From Vibrio alginolyticus NBRC 15630 = ATCC 17749 (lineage in GTDB: Bacteria; Pseudomonadota; Gammaproteobacteria; Enterobacterales; Vibrionaceae): DNA of 32,000 nucleotides. The notes under the pieces were generated by a model. The model ran no database searches. It saw nothing but the letters and a program-made list of their open reading frames with translations, and was not told the origin of the DNA. The stretch spans positions 60,001 through 92,000 of the forward strand of contig NC_022359.1 in the NCBI RefSeq assembly GCF_000354175.2, in the 5' to 3' direction. Position numbers and translations under genes: made by a program. This document shows positions 1-7,401 of the stretch, piece by piece (within the stretch, counting starts at the first letter, position 1; every line of letters starts with the position of its first letter).

Positions 1-1154
1 CATTCACGCATCGCTTTACCATCTGGTCGCCATTTGGTTTTCAAACTCACTGCGGTTTCAAAGCCTGCGTCGGTCAATCGAGCATGGATACGATCCACCG
101 CGCCACCATTCCAACCGTAACTACCGAATGCAGCGGCTTTCTTCGCTTTAAAGCGCAGACCGGTAATTTCTTCTAGCATGCCTGCGATCTTCGGCATCAT
201 GACGTTATTCATGGTAGAAGAACCAACCAAGATGCCTTTTGAGCGGAATACGTTGGCGAGAATTTCATTCTTATCATGCTTAGAGACATTAAAGACTTTG
301 ACCGCCACACCAGGATCGACATCGTGAATGCCTTGCGCGATTGCATCGGCCATCATTCGAGTGTTGTTTGACATTGAATCGTAGAAAATCGTAATGCGAT
401 CTTCTTGATAATTGTCTGCCCATGCTAAGTATTGCTCGATGATTTGAACCGGATTATCGCGCCATACAATACCGTGTGACGTGGCGATCATGTCGACAGG
501 CAAATTGAAGCTCAGCACTTCTTTGATTTTTGCGGTTACCAAGCTGCTGAATGGCGTTAAGATATTTGAGTAGTAACGCAAACACTGTTCCATCAACTCA
601 TTTTGATCCACTTCATCATTGAACAGACGTTCATCGCAATAGTGCTGACCAAATGCGTCATTGCTGAATAACACTGCATCGCCCGTTAGGTAAGTCATCA
701 TGCTGTCTGGCCAATGCAGCATCGGTGCTTCCACGAAGACTAATTGCTTACCGTTACCAATATCGATACTGTCGCCCGTTTTTACGGTTTTGAAGTTCCA
801 CTCAGGATGGTGGTGATGACCCACAATCGAATCAATCGCCGCTTCTGTACAGTAAATTGGTGTGTTCGGAATTTTCTCCATCAATGCCGACAATGCACCT
901 GAGTGATCTTCTTCTGCATGGTTTACCACGATAAAGTCGATAGACTTAAGGTCGATTTCCATCTCTAAATTTTGGATGAATTGTTGACTGAATCGATGAT
1001 CGACCGTATCAATCAATACGGTTTTCTCTTCACGAATTAGATAACTGTTGTAGCTGGTACCTTTTGTCATTTTGTATTCTGTACCGTGGAAGTCTTGAAC
1101 TTCCCAATCGCGTTGACCTACCCAGTGGATGTTGTTTTTTACGTGAATTGTCAT
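1..1154 (-). CDS. norV: Anaerobic nitric oxide reductase flavorubredoxin NorV, N-terminal ~384 codons (C-terminal part lies beyond the window start)
   Basis: Absent from the ORF track because it runs off the edge. The reverse complement from 1154 reads [88 protein letters not shown]. This closely parallels the E. coli NorV N-terminus as I recall it ([28 protein letters not shown]...NHAEEDHAGAL), including the di-iron H-x-E-x-D-H motif. It is divergent from norR and has a sigma54 promoter upstream. Confidence 0.9.
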   Translation of the reverse strand, partial: MTIHVKNNIHWVGQRDWEVQDFHGTEYKMTKGTSYNSYLIREEKTVLIDTVDHRFSQQFIQNLEMEIDLKSIDFIVVNHAEEDHSGALSALMEKIPNTPIYCTEAAIDSIVGHHHHPEWNFKTVKTGDSIDIGNGKQLVFVEAPMLHWPDSMMTYLTGDAVLFSNDAFGQHYCDERLFNDEVDQNELMEQCLRYYSNILTPFSSLVTAKIKEVLSFNLPVDMIATSHGIVWRDNPVQIIEQYLAWADNYQEDRITIFYDSMSNNTRMMADAIAQGIHDVDPGVAVKVFNVSKHDKNEILANVFRSKGILVGSSTMNNVMMPKIAGMLEEITGLRFKAKKAAAFGSYGWNGGAVDRIHARLTDAGFETAVSLKTKWRPDGKAMRE

Positions 1155-1203
1155 AATTACTACCTTGAATGACGGGATAAACAAAAATAATTTCTTCTTG
1201 TAT

Positions 1204-1219
1204 TGCACTGGGCGTGCCA
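1204..1219 (-). promoter_or_regulatory. Sigma54 (-24/-12) promoter of norV
   Basis: The reverse complement of 1204..1219 is TGGCACGCCCAGTGCA. This matches TGGCAC-N5-TTGCA with correct GG/GC spacing and one mismatch. It lies ~50 nt upstream of the norV ATG and downstream of the NorR sites. Confidence 0.65.
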
Positions 1220-1237
1220 ACTTATAATTGCCATATA

Positions 1238-1250
1238 TTTCAATAGCTTA
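1238..1250. promoter_or_regulatory. Possible IHF site between the NorR enhancer sites and the sigma54 promoter
   Basis: TTTCAATAGCTTA resembles WATCAANNNNTTR with one mismatch. The position fits the known IHF-assisted looping at norV-type promoters. The match is weak. Confidence 0.25.
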
Positions 1251-1273
1251 ATTGAAACCCAACTTTAATGACT

Positions 1274-1328
1274 GTCATTGAGACACAGTTGAAAATTGTC
1301 ATTTAGACACTACAATAGTCATATTGAC
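1274..1328. promoter_or_regulatory. Three NorR enhancer binding sites (GT-N7-AC)
   Basis: GTCATTGAGAC (1274..1284), GTCATTTAGAC (1298..1308) and GTCATATTGAC (1318..1328). All three fit the published NorR GT-N7-AC consensus and share GTCAT...GAC. There are three sites, as in the E. coli norR-norV intergenic region. Confidence 0.75.
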
Positions 1329-1344
1329 ACAATCGGTATTGGCT

Positions 1345-2877
1345 ATGACTTCTTTAATCGCGCAATGGCTACACATCACGCAAGACCTTAACTCGGCGCT
1401 CACTCAACAAGCTCGCTTTGACACGTTATTAACCACGATTCGAGAGGTATTGAAGTGTGACTCTTCTGCCCTTCTTTTGTATGAAGACCAGCACTTTAAA
1501 CCTTTAGCGATCAATGGATTGGCGAAAGAGGTCCTTGGACGCCGTTTCTCCATTGAGCAGCACCCAAGATTAGAAGCCATTGCCCGAGCAGGCGATATCG
1601 TGCGCTTTCCCTCCGACAGCGACTTACCTGATCCATACGATGGCTTGATTCCAAACCACGATGACAAACTGCATGTCCATTCTTGCATTGGTTTGCCTTT
1701 GCTGATCGACGATCAACTGATTGGTGCTATTACGATTGACGCCTTCGACCCCAACCAATTTGATGGGCTACGCAACCAAGAGTTACGTTTTGTCAGCGCG
1801 TTGGCAGCAGGTGGCCTACACACTGCACTCCTACTAGAACAACTAGAGACACAAGCGAGCCTGCCACGTGATTCTTACGCCGAGAAGCGCACCTTAAGTA
1901 ACGAAATCATTGGCAACTCTCAGGGTATGAAGAATCTTCAAGAGCAGATTGATGCAGTCGCCGATACGGAATTGTCTGTGCTGGTGATGGGAGAAACGGG
2001 CGTAGGTAAAGAGTTGGTTGCTAGCGCTATTCACCATCGTTCTAGCCGCTCTAGCAATACTTTGGTTTACCTCAACTGTGCGGCGCTGCCGGAGTCAGTC
2101 GCGGAAAGCGAGTTGTTCGGCCATATCAAAGGCGCATTCACAGGCGCAATCAGTAATCGTAAGGGTAAGTTCGAACAAGCCGACGGCGGCACACTGTTTT
2201 TGGATGAAGTCGGCGAACTGTCGTTAGAGCTGCAAGCCAAGTTACTTCGAGCTCTACAATACGGCGACATTCAACGTGTGGGTGATGACCGTCATATTCG
2301 AGTCAACACACGCATTGTCGCCGCCACTAACCGCATATTGCATGAAGAAGTGACTGCTGGTCGCTTCCGAGCCGACTTGTATCATCGTTTAAGTGTCTTC
2401 CCGCTTCATGTTCCACCTCTTCGTGAACGTGAAGACGATGTGGTATTACTCGCAGGCTTTTTCGCCGAACGCTTAAGAAGCAAATTGGGATTAAACAGCA
2501 TTCGTTTGTCTCCTGCTTTGGTGCTGGCACTTAAAGACTATTCATGGCCAGGCAACGTGCGAGAGCTTGAACATGTCATTAAACGTGCTGGTGTTTTGGC
2601 AAAGGCGCGTACTCACGCCATGGACATTGAGTTAGTTGAGCAAGATTTTGATATTCGAACGCCGAATCAGAACATCAAGAACGTTGAAAAAACGGAACAA
2701 AAATCTCGGCTTGAGCTACCAGAAGGCGGATTAAAGCCTGCCACAGACGCCTTCCAAAAAGCGATGATTGTTCGAGCTCTGGAAAAAAACCAAGGCAACT
2801 GGGCAGCAACGGCACGTCAGCTTGAATTAGATAACGGCAATTTGCACCGATTAGCAAAACGGCTGGGGATAAAATAG
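1345..2877 (+). CDS. norR: Sigma54-dependent NO-responsive transcriptional activator NorR (GAF + AAA+ + HTH)
   Basis: The GAF region ([31 protein letters not shown]) is near-identical to recalled E. coli NorR. The AAA+ domain has Walker A GETGVGKE, the sigma54-contact GAFTGA motif and ESELFGH. The C-terminal HTH is [12 protein letters not shown]. The ATG at 1345 places RFDTLLTT at the same residue index as RFQRLITT in E. coli NorR. The track's TTG at 1324 sits inside NorR site 3. Confidence 0.93.
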   Translation: MTSLIAQWLHITQDLNSALTQQARFDTLLTTIREVLKCDSSALLLYEDQHFKPLAINGLAKEVLGRRFSIEQHPRLEAIARAGDIVRFPSDSDLPDPYDGLIPNHDDKLHVHSCIGLPLLIDDQLIGAITIDAFDPNQFDGLRNQELRFVSALAAGGLHTALLLEQLETQASLPRDSYAEKRTLSNEIIGNSQGMKNLQEQIDAVADTELSVLVMGETGVGKELVASAIHHRSSRSSNTLVYLNCAALPESVAESELFGHIKGAFTGAISNRKGKFEQADGGTLFLDEVGELSLELQAKLLRALQYGDIQRVGDDRHIRVNTRIVAATNRILHEEVTAGRFRADLYHRLSVFPLHVPPLREREDDVVLLAGFFAERLRSKLGLNSIRLSPALVLALKDYSWPGNVRELEHVIKRAGVLAKARTHAMDIELVEQDFDIRTPNQNIKNVEKTEQKSRLELPEGGLKPATDAFQKAMIVRALEKNQGNWAATARQLELDNGNLHRLAKRLGIK

Positions 2878-2942
2878 ACACTAACGAATATCACCTAATA
2901 TGGCATATTCATCGCCAAATAAAGAGCCGATGCCCAACCGCT

Positions 2943-2974
2943 CACTCAGCCCACTATAAGTAGTGAGCTGAGTG
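2943..2974. repeat. Imperfect 14-bp-stem hairpin downstream of norR, at the edge of the AT-rich islet
   Basis: CACTCAGCCCACTA-taag-TAGTGAGCTGAGTG gives 13 of 14 pairs with a 4-nt loop. No T-tract follows, so it is not a canonical intrinsic terminator. Confidence 0.45.
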
Positions 2975-3275
2975 CTCAGATAGAATAGCCACCTAAGTTT
3001 GACGGTATTTTCTTCTAAATTTTATTGTCTTGAACCACCTCACAGATTTAATAACCCTTAACAATAAACACAATAATAGTTAAGGTATTTTTATGAGCCA
3101 GATCTAATAAAATTAAATATATAGTATTTATTTTAAGAATCTAAACTTTCAAAGTTCATCATAATAAATACAACCTCTATGTATACACTTTACCTTCAAA
3201 AAACATCAAAATATAATCCCTTCGATAAAAACACTTAAATGAATTTAACTGTATAAAAGTGAGGAGAATAAAAAT

Positions 3276-3794
3276 ATGGGATATGGGGCGACAGTATATT
3301 CATTAGATACTGAAAAGGTTTTTAACGTACTAAAGAATGAGCGTAATCCAGAGCTAGAAAAAGCCATCATGGAAAGGTGTCAAGACTCCTTTAAAGTGAT
3401 TAATGAAATGCTGGAAAGTAGTGGCGAAAGCATCCGAGCTGAAGAGCTTCTTATGCAAATGTTGTCTGAAGAGATAAAATACAGTCACTTGGGTTACGCC
3501 TATGCTTACTTGCTTGAAGCTATATGTAAGATAACTGGTTATTACTTATCCAATAACTCTTGGTATCCTTGCGATGTAAACGATTTCTGCGATATTCCAT
3601 TCACTAATACCGATTATCCTATAAAATTCCCATTCCCTGACGATTTCCCTGTTGTTTTTATGATAAAAAATCAAGATATTCACCAAGATAACGTTGACTT
3701 CGGAGGCTTATCAGAGCAACAAATATCTGAAGTCAAGAGCTGGTACACTCATGCAGTCGTAAACAATCGTGATTTGGTATTATTTTATTATTAA
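3276..3794 (+). CDS. Hypothetical protein, 172 aa, orphan gene in the AT-rich islet
   Basis: Good Shine-Dalgarno (GAGGAG at 3261..3266, 9 nt before the ATG). It is the only long ORF in the islet, has AT-rich codon usage, and two hairpins follow immediately. I see no confident family. The N-terminus (MGYGATVYSLDTEKVFNVL...P) and the hydrophobic C-terminal strand faintly recall the YfbM/DUF1877 family, unverified. Confidence 0.6.
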   Translation: MGYGATVYSLDTEKVFNVLKNERNPELEKAIMERCQDSFKVINEMLESSGESIRAEELLMQMLSEEIKYSHLGYAYAYLLEAICKITGYYLSNNSWYPCDVNDFCDIPFTNTDYPIKFPFPDDFPVVFMIKNQDIHQDNVDFGGLSEQQISEVKSWYTHAVVNNRDLVLFYY

Positions 3795-3828
3795 TTTTAA
3801 CTATTAATAAATTATCCAATAGTTAAAA
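3795..3828 (+). terminator. Hairpin 1 directly after the orphan gene stop codon
   Basis: TTTTAACTATT-12 nt-AATAGTTAAAA is a perfect 11-bp stem starting 1 nt after the TAA (3792..3794). It is AT-only apart from one C:G pair, so function is uncertain. Confidence 0.35.
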
Positions 3829-3844
3829 TAACAATAGAATATTA

Positions 3845-3879
3845 ATAAAACTCTAGCTTATATTAAGATAGAGTTTTAT
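3845..3879 (+). terminator. Hairpin 2 after the orphan gene
   Basis: ATAAAACTCTA-13 nt-TAGAGTTTTAT is a perfect 11-bp stem followed by a T-rich stretch (CTATTT). Confidence 0.4.
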
Positions 3880-4061
3880 CTATTTAACTGAATTTTATAA
3901 TTTTAAAAACATTATATTTCACACCTAATTTATAGACTCTGTGTATAGTGTGTTCAGAGGCAATGTGAACTCATAGGATCAAAATCAAGTTCTAATTTTT
4001 AGAAGAAAAACCGATCTGCTTGTGTCAAAATGCGCCATCCCAACCAAAAAGTCTTAATGTA

Positions 4062-4712
4062 ATGAACTACCAAGCTGCTATTTTTGATATGGATGGTTTG
4101 CTCCTTGATACTGAGCGCGTCTGTATGCATATTTTCCAAGAAGCATGTGAAGCCCAGAACCTACCCTTCTATAAAGATGTTTACCTTTCAATCATTGGTC
4201 GCAATGCAGCGGGCATTGAAGTGATTTTTCGTAAAGCTTATGGGGATGATCTTGACCGCTTACACCAAGAGTGGCGCGACCGTTACGACGCTGTGGTTAA
4301 GCACCAAGCGATACCGGTAAAAGAAGGGGTGATTGAGCTGCTTGAGTGGTTGAAAGGCCAAGGATTGCCAATTGCAGTCGCCACTTCTACAGCAAAAGAA
4401 GTGGCACAGAAGAAGTTGGAATTAGCGGGCCTAAGCAAGTATTTCGACAACTTAACGACGGGCTGTGAAGTGTCACACGGCAAACCTGATCCAGAGATCT
4501 ACCTGCTTGCAGCAAGTCGTCTAAGCGTAGATCCAATCAAATGTCTCGCCTTTGAAGATTCAAATAATGGCGTGCGTGCTGCGGTAGCAGCGAACATGAT
4601 CACTTATCAAATCCCTGATTTGGTTGAGCCTTGTGACGAAATAAAGCAATTAGGCCATACTGTCGCACCTTCACTGCATGATGTGTTGCACACGTTAAAG
4701 CAAACTCGCTAG
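4062..4712 (+). CDS. HAD-superfamily hydrolase (beta-phosphoglucomutase / sugar-phosphatase subfamily IA)
   Basis: HAD motif I is FDMDGLLLDTE, motif II is ATST, and motifs III/IV are GKPDPEIY and FEDSNNG. The in-frame ATG at 4062 (MNYQAAIFDMDG) is more plausible than the track's TTG at 4020. Confidence 0.85.
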   Translation: MNYQAAIFDMDGLLLDTERVCMHIFQEACEAQNLPFYKDVYLSIIGRNAAGIEVIFRKAYGDDLDRLHQEWRDRYDAVVKHQAIPVKEGVIELLEWLKGQGLPIAVATSTAKEVAQKKLELAGLSKYFDNLTTGCEVSHGKPDPEIYLLAASRLSVDPIKCLAFEDSNNGVRAAVAANMITYQIPDLVEPCDEIKQLGHTVAPSLHDVLHTLKQTR

Positions 4713-4734
4713 GTTTACTTGTCGTCTGTTCTAT

Positions 4735-4766
4735 AGAAGCTCAGCAATTTAGCTGAGCTTCTTTCT
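4735..4766 (+). terminator. Rho-independent terminator of the HAD gene
   Basis: AGAAGCTCAGC-aattta-GCTGAGCTTCT is an 11-bp perfect stem followed by TTCT. Confidence 0.7.
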
Positions 4767-5047
4767 CGAAACCTCTCCAATACCTTAAAACCAAACGATT
4801 CTTCCACCCGTTTAGCGAGATTAATTTCACCTTAACTCTGGTTCATCACGATTTTTGATTTAACTCACGCAATCGCATGAAATAAGGTATTTGAGTGATC
4901 AAATAGCGGAACTGACCAGTACAAGCTTGCAACAAAACGTCAATATACCGATTGAAGCACGTTTTTGGAGTGAAAATTGGCTGATAATGAGAACTATTGG
5001 ATAAGATCAATCCAAGTCAGCCTAAAATACAAAATGGAGAGTGTTAT

Positions 5048-5500
5048 ATGTCTTTACGTTTATTAGCAACAACCTTCGCATTAGTCGGAATGAGCTTTGG
5101 TGCCCAAGCCAGTGCCGAGTGTGAAGTGTCATTAGATGCTAACGATATGATGCAGTTTTCTACTAAAACATTGAGCGTACCAGCCACTTGTAAAGAGGTA
5201 AAACTGACGCTGAATCACACAGGTAAGATGCCAGCGCAATCGATGGGTCACAACGTGGTCATCTCTGACACAGCCAACCTACAAGCAGTCGGTACTGATG
5301 GCATGGCAGCTGGAGCAGAAAATAACTACGTAAAACCAAACGATGATCGCGTCTACGCTCACACAAAAGTAATTGGTGGCGGTGAAAGCACCAGCATTAC
5401 GTTCAGTACTGAGAAAATGAAAGCCGGCGGTGACTATTCATTCTTCTGTTCGTTCCCGGGTCACTGGGCAATCATGCAGGGTAAATTTGAGCTAAAATAA
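5048..5500 (+). CDS. azu: Azurin (type 1 blue copper protein) precursor
   Basis: Signal peptide MSLRLLATTFALVGMSFGAQA, followed by a mature AECEVSLDANDMMQF. The copper ligand context is MGHNVV...FFCSFPGHWAIMQGK (His, Cys, His, Met). It is colinear with recalled P. aeruginosa azurin (AECSVDIQGNDQMQF...FFCTFPGHSALMKG). A GGAGA RBS lies 8 nt before the ATG at 5048. Confidence 0.93.
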   Translation: MSLRLLATTFALVGMSFGAQASAECEVSLDANDMMQFSTKTLSVPATCKEVKLTLNHTGKMPAQSMGHNVVISDTANLQAVGTDGMAAGAENNYVKPNDDRVYAHTKVIGGGESTSITFSTEKMKAGGDYSFFCSFPGHWAIMQGKFELK

Positions 5501-5534
5501 AAGATTTAGCCAAGCCAAAAGAAGACTCATTATA

Positions 5535-5557
5535 GGGAAGCCAAGGCTTCCCTTTTT
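5535..5557 (+). terminator. Rho-independent terminator of azurin
   Basis: GGGAAGCCAAGGCTTCCC hairpin followed by TTTTT. Confidence 0.75.
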
Positions 5558-5725
5558 GATAGATAAAATAGCAATTGAGAAGGTCTAACACGTCTGGAAA
5601 CGTGACCAAGAAACATAGCAAGTAAGAAACCCTTGCTCCATTGAGATTAAGTTCTTTTACGAAAACTCATGGGTAAAAATCGGATTTTTATTTTGCCTTT
5701 CCGTAACACTACTAAATGATAAAAG

Positions 5726-6076
5726 TCATTCAATACCATGTAACTCTTTCCAGTTTCCTGGATGAACCACATAGCCGAACAGAGCATGCCCACCATAAAC
5801 CAATTCAGTTCCTTCCGGTATCCACAGCATCTGACCTGGGTGCACAAAATGTGTTTCACCATTTGCGGTCAGCTCGAAACAGCCTTCAATCACGAAAATA
5901 ACTTCATCATAAAGCACTGTCCAAGCCACTTTAGCGCCTTCCCATTTAGCAAAGCCTACGCCAATGTTTGGTGAAATTTCTGGGCTTAACGCCCTGGCAA
6001 CATACGCCATTCCCGGCGTATCACCACGAACATTGAAATCTAGACTTTTACTATCAACAAGTTTGACTTGCTTCAT
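5726..6076 (-). CDS. Small cupin-fold protein (EutQ/DUF861-like), last gene of the operon
   Basis: 116 aa with a cupin beta-barrel pattern (YDEVIFVIEGCFELTANGETHFVHPGQMLWIPEGTELVY). It lacks the HxH...E...H metal ligands of catalytic cupins. It has a 4-nt ATGA overlap with the upstream FAD oxidoreductase. Confidence 0.7.
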   Translation of the reverse strand: MKQVKLVDSKSLDFNVRGDTPGMAYVARALSPEISPNIGVGFAKWEGAKVAWTVLYDEVIFVIEGCFELTANGETHFVHPGQMLWIPEGTELVYGGHALFGYVVHPGNWKELHGIE

Positions 6077-7389
6077 AATTCACTCCGGCTTTGCCATTTT
6101 GCTAATTGGATACGCGTTTTTACTCCCAAACCTAAAAAAGGCTCTGGCGGATTCAAACAAGGCATTCCTGTCACTTGCTGTATGTCATCCAATGATTTAG
6201 ATGTCGCACCAACGACATAGTCAGCTAACAGTGTTCCAGAAATGGTTCCCCACGCAGCACCAACACCATTGTCACAAGCGCTGGCATAAACACCTTCATC
6301 TAATTGACCGAAAAAGTTAGTAAAGTTACGAGAGATGGCATACACCCCACCCCATGTGTGAGTAAATGGTACGTCGGCCAGCTCGGGATAACGCGCCAGA
6401 AAGACCTGACGATGATCTTCGCGAATTTGTTCTCTGGCTTTATCGTTCATGCTTGAGCCATATTTCGGCACGTGTTTGTAAGTATTGCGGATCAAAATAC
6501 GTCGATCGGCGGTCATACGTAACGTCGTTCCCGCATGATCAGCTGGAGTTAACCCCCAATTCAGCTCACCTCCGTATCGTTGCATTTCTGCGTCGGTCAA
6601 TGGACGCGTCCAGCTTGCAAACGTCATCACTGGAAGTAGTCTGTTTTTAAGATAACCAAACTCCCGAGTAAAAATGCTGGTCCCAAGCAGCAGTTCAGGG
6701 GTTTCAACAGAGCCACTATCTCCATGTAATACCCAGCAACCGTTTTCTTTACTGAGCTTGCGGATTGGCGAGTTCTCTAACACCTCGACGTTCTCTGGAA
6801 GGCTTTCCCCTAGTCCACGCACCAAAGCAGCAGGTTGCATTAAATAACCACCTGGCGTGTAAATTGCGCGGCTGTAGTAGTTGGTTCCCAAGACTTTCGC
6901 CAGCTCACTGCCATTAACATGGAAGTATGGTTCGCTAAGGTCTTTCATTAGGTGTTCAAAGTGATCGAGATATGCTTCACCGCGCGCCCCTACGGCTCCT
7001 TGATATTTGCCCTTTGCTGACCACTGACAAGAAATACTGTGCTTCGACACTAAAGTGTCTAGCTGAGCAATCGCAGAACGGTTGAGCGACAATAACTTTT
7101 GTTTGTGCTCAGGGTCGGGATGCTCAAGTGAAAACTTATGAGGCAAATCGATAACAAAGCCCGAATTTCTTCCTGAAGCCCCTTGGCCGATACGTTGCGC
7201 ATCAATCAGTATAATTCGTGCATTAGGCATAAGTTCAGCTAAACGTCTTGCCATAGCTAGGCCTGCGAAACCGGCACCTAACACGGCATAGTCAGCACTT
7301 TGTTTACCTTTTAACGCCGATTTTTCTGGAATACTTGGCAACGCATGGTACCAACCACACGTCACGTCATCATTGGGTAAATGAATCAT
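6073..7389 (-). CDS. FAD-dependent oxidoreductase, DAO family (PuuB/OrdL-like amine oxidoreductase)
   Basis: Dinucleotide fold DYAVLGAGFAGLAMARRL followed by RIGQGASGRNSGF. This mirrors the recalled E. coli PuuB motif (RIGFGASGRNGG). Length is 438 aa. Confidence 0.85.
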   Translation of the reverse strand: MIHLPNDDVTCGWYHALPSIPEKSALKGKQSADYAVLGAGFAGLAMARRLAELMPNARIILIDAQRIGQGASGRNSGFVIDLPHKFSLEHPDPEHKQKLLSLNRSAIAQLDTLVSKHSISCQWSAKGKYQGAVGARGEAYLDHFEHLMKDLSEPYFHVNGSELAKVLGTNYYSRAIYTPGGYLMQPAALVRGLGESLPENVEVLENSPIRKLSKENGCWVLHGDSGSVETPELLLGTSIFTREFGYLKNRLLPVMTFASWTRPLTDAEMQRYGGELNWGLTPADHAGTTLRMTADRRILIRNTYKHVPKYGSSMNDKAREQIREDHRQVFLARYPELADVPFTHTWGGVYAISRNFTNFFGQLDEGVYASACDNGVGAAWGTISGTLLADYVVGATSKSLDDIQQVTGMPCLNPPEPFLGLGVKTRIQLAKWQSRSEL

Positions 7390-7401
7390 CTTTTTTCTCC
7401 G

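Noticed and set aside
1324-1344. TTG at 1324 as the norR start
   Set aside because: It lies inside NorR binding site 3. The ATG at 1345 aligns residue-for-residue with the recalled E. coli NorR N-terminus.
1404-2881. Short ORFs at 1404..1688(-), 2018..2227(+), 2067..2270(-), 2327..2530(-) and 2675..2881(-), all within norR
   Set aside because: They are embedded in or antisense to a gene with strong full-length homology support. They have no RBS or recognisable motifs and their composition is typical of shadow ORFs. The same reasoning applies to all other 60-120-aa track ORFs nested in the long genes, for example 6366..6650, 7790..8038, 9334..9591, 10996..11265, 12625..12906, 19543..19803, 20886..21194, 22862..23116 and 26755..27126.
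3056-3085. CCTTAAC-N16-GTTAAGG, considered as an integron attC-like site flanking the orphan gene
   Set aside because: It is far too short for an attC (no L'/L'' arms or extrahelical-base architecture). The core bases deviate from RYYYAAC/GTTRRRY. There is no matching site on the other side of the gene and no integron context.
4888-4905. Palindrome upstream of azurin, considered as an FNR or CRP site
   Set aside because: The half-site spacing is TTGA-N4-TCAA, whereas FNR needs TTGAT-N4-ATCAA and CRP needs TGTGA-N6-TCACA. It is kept only as an unassigned palindrome.
5031-5050. AAAATGGAGAGTGTTATATG upstream of azurin nearly matches AAAATTGGAGAGTGTTATG at the IS orfA start (13761..13779)
   Set aside because: Both are Shine-Dalgarno/start contexts (GGAG plus AT-rich spacer plus ATG). 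The match is short with an indel, and no further IS-like sequence or inverted repeat flanks the azurin copy. I treat it as coincidence or functional convergence rather than an IS remnant.
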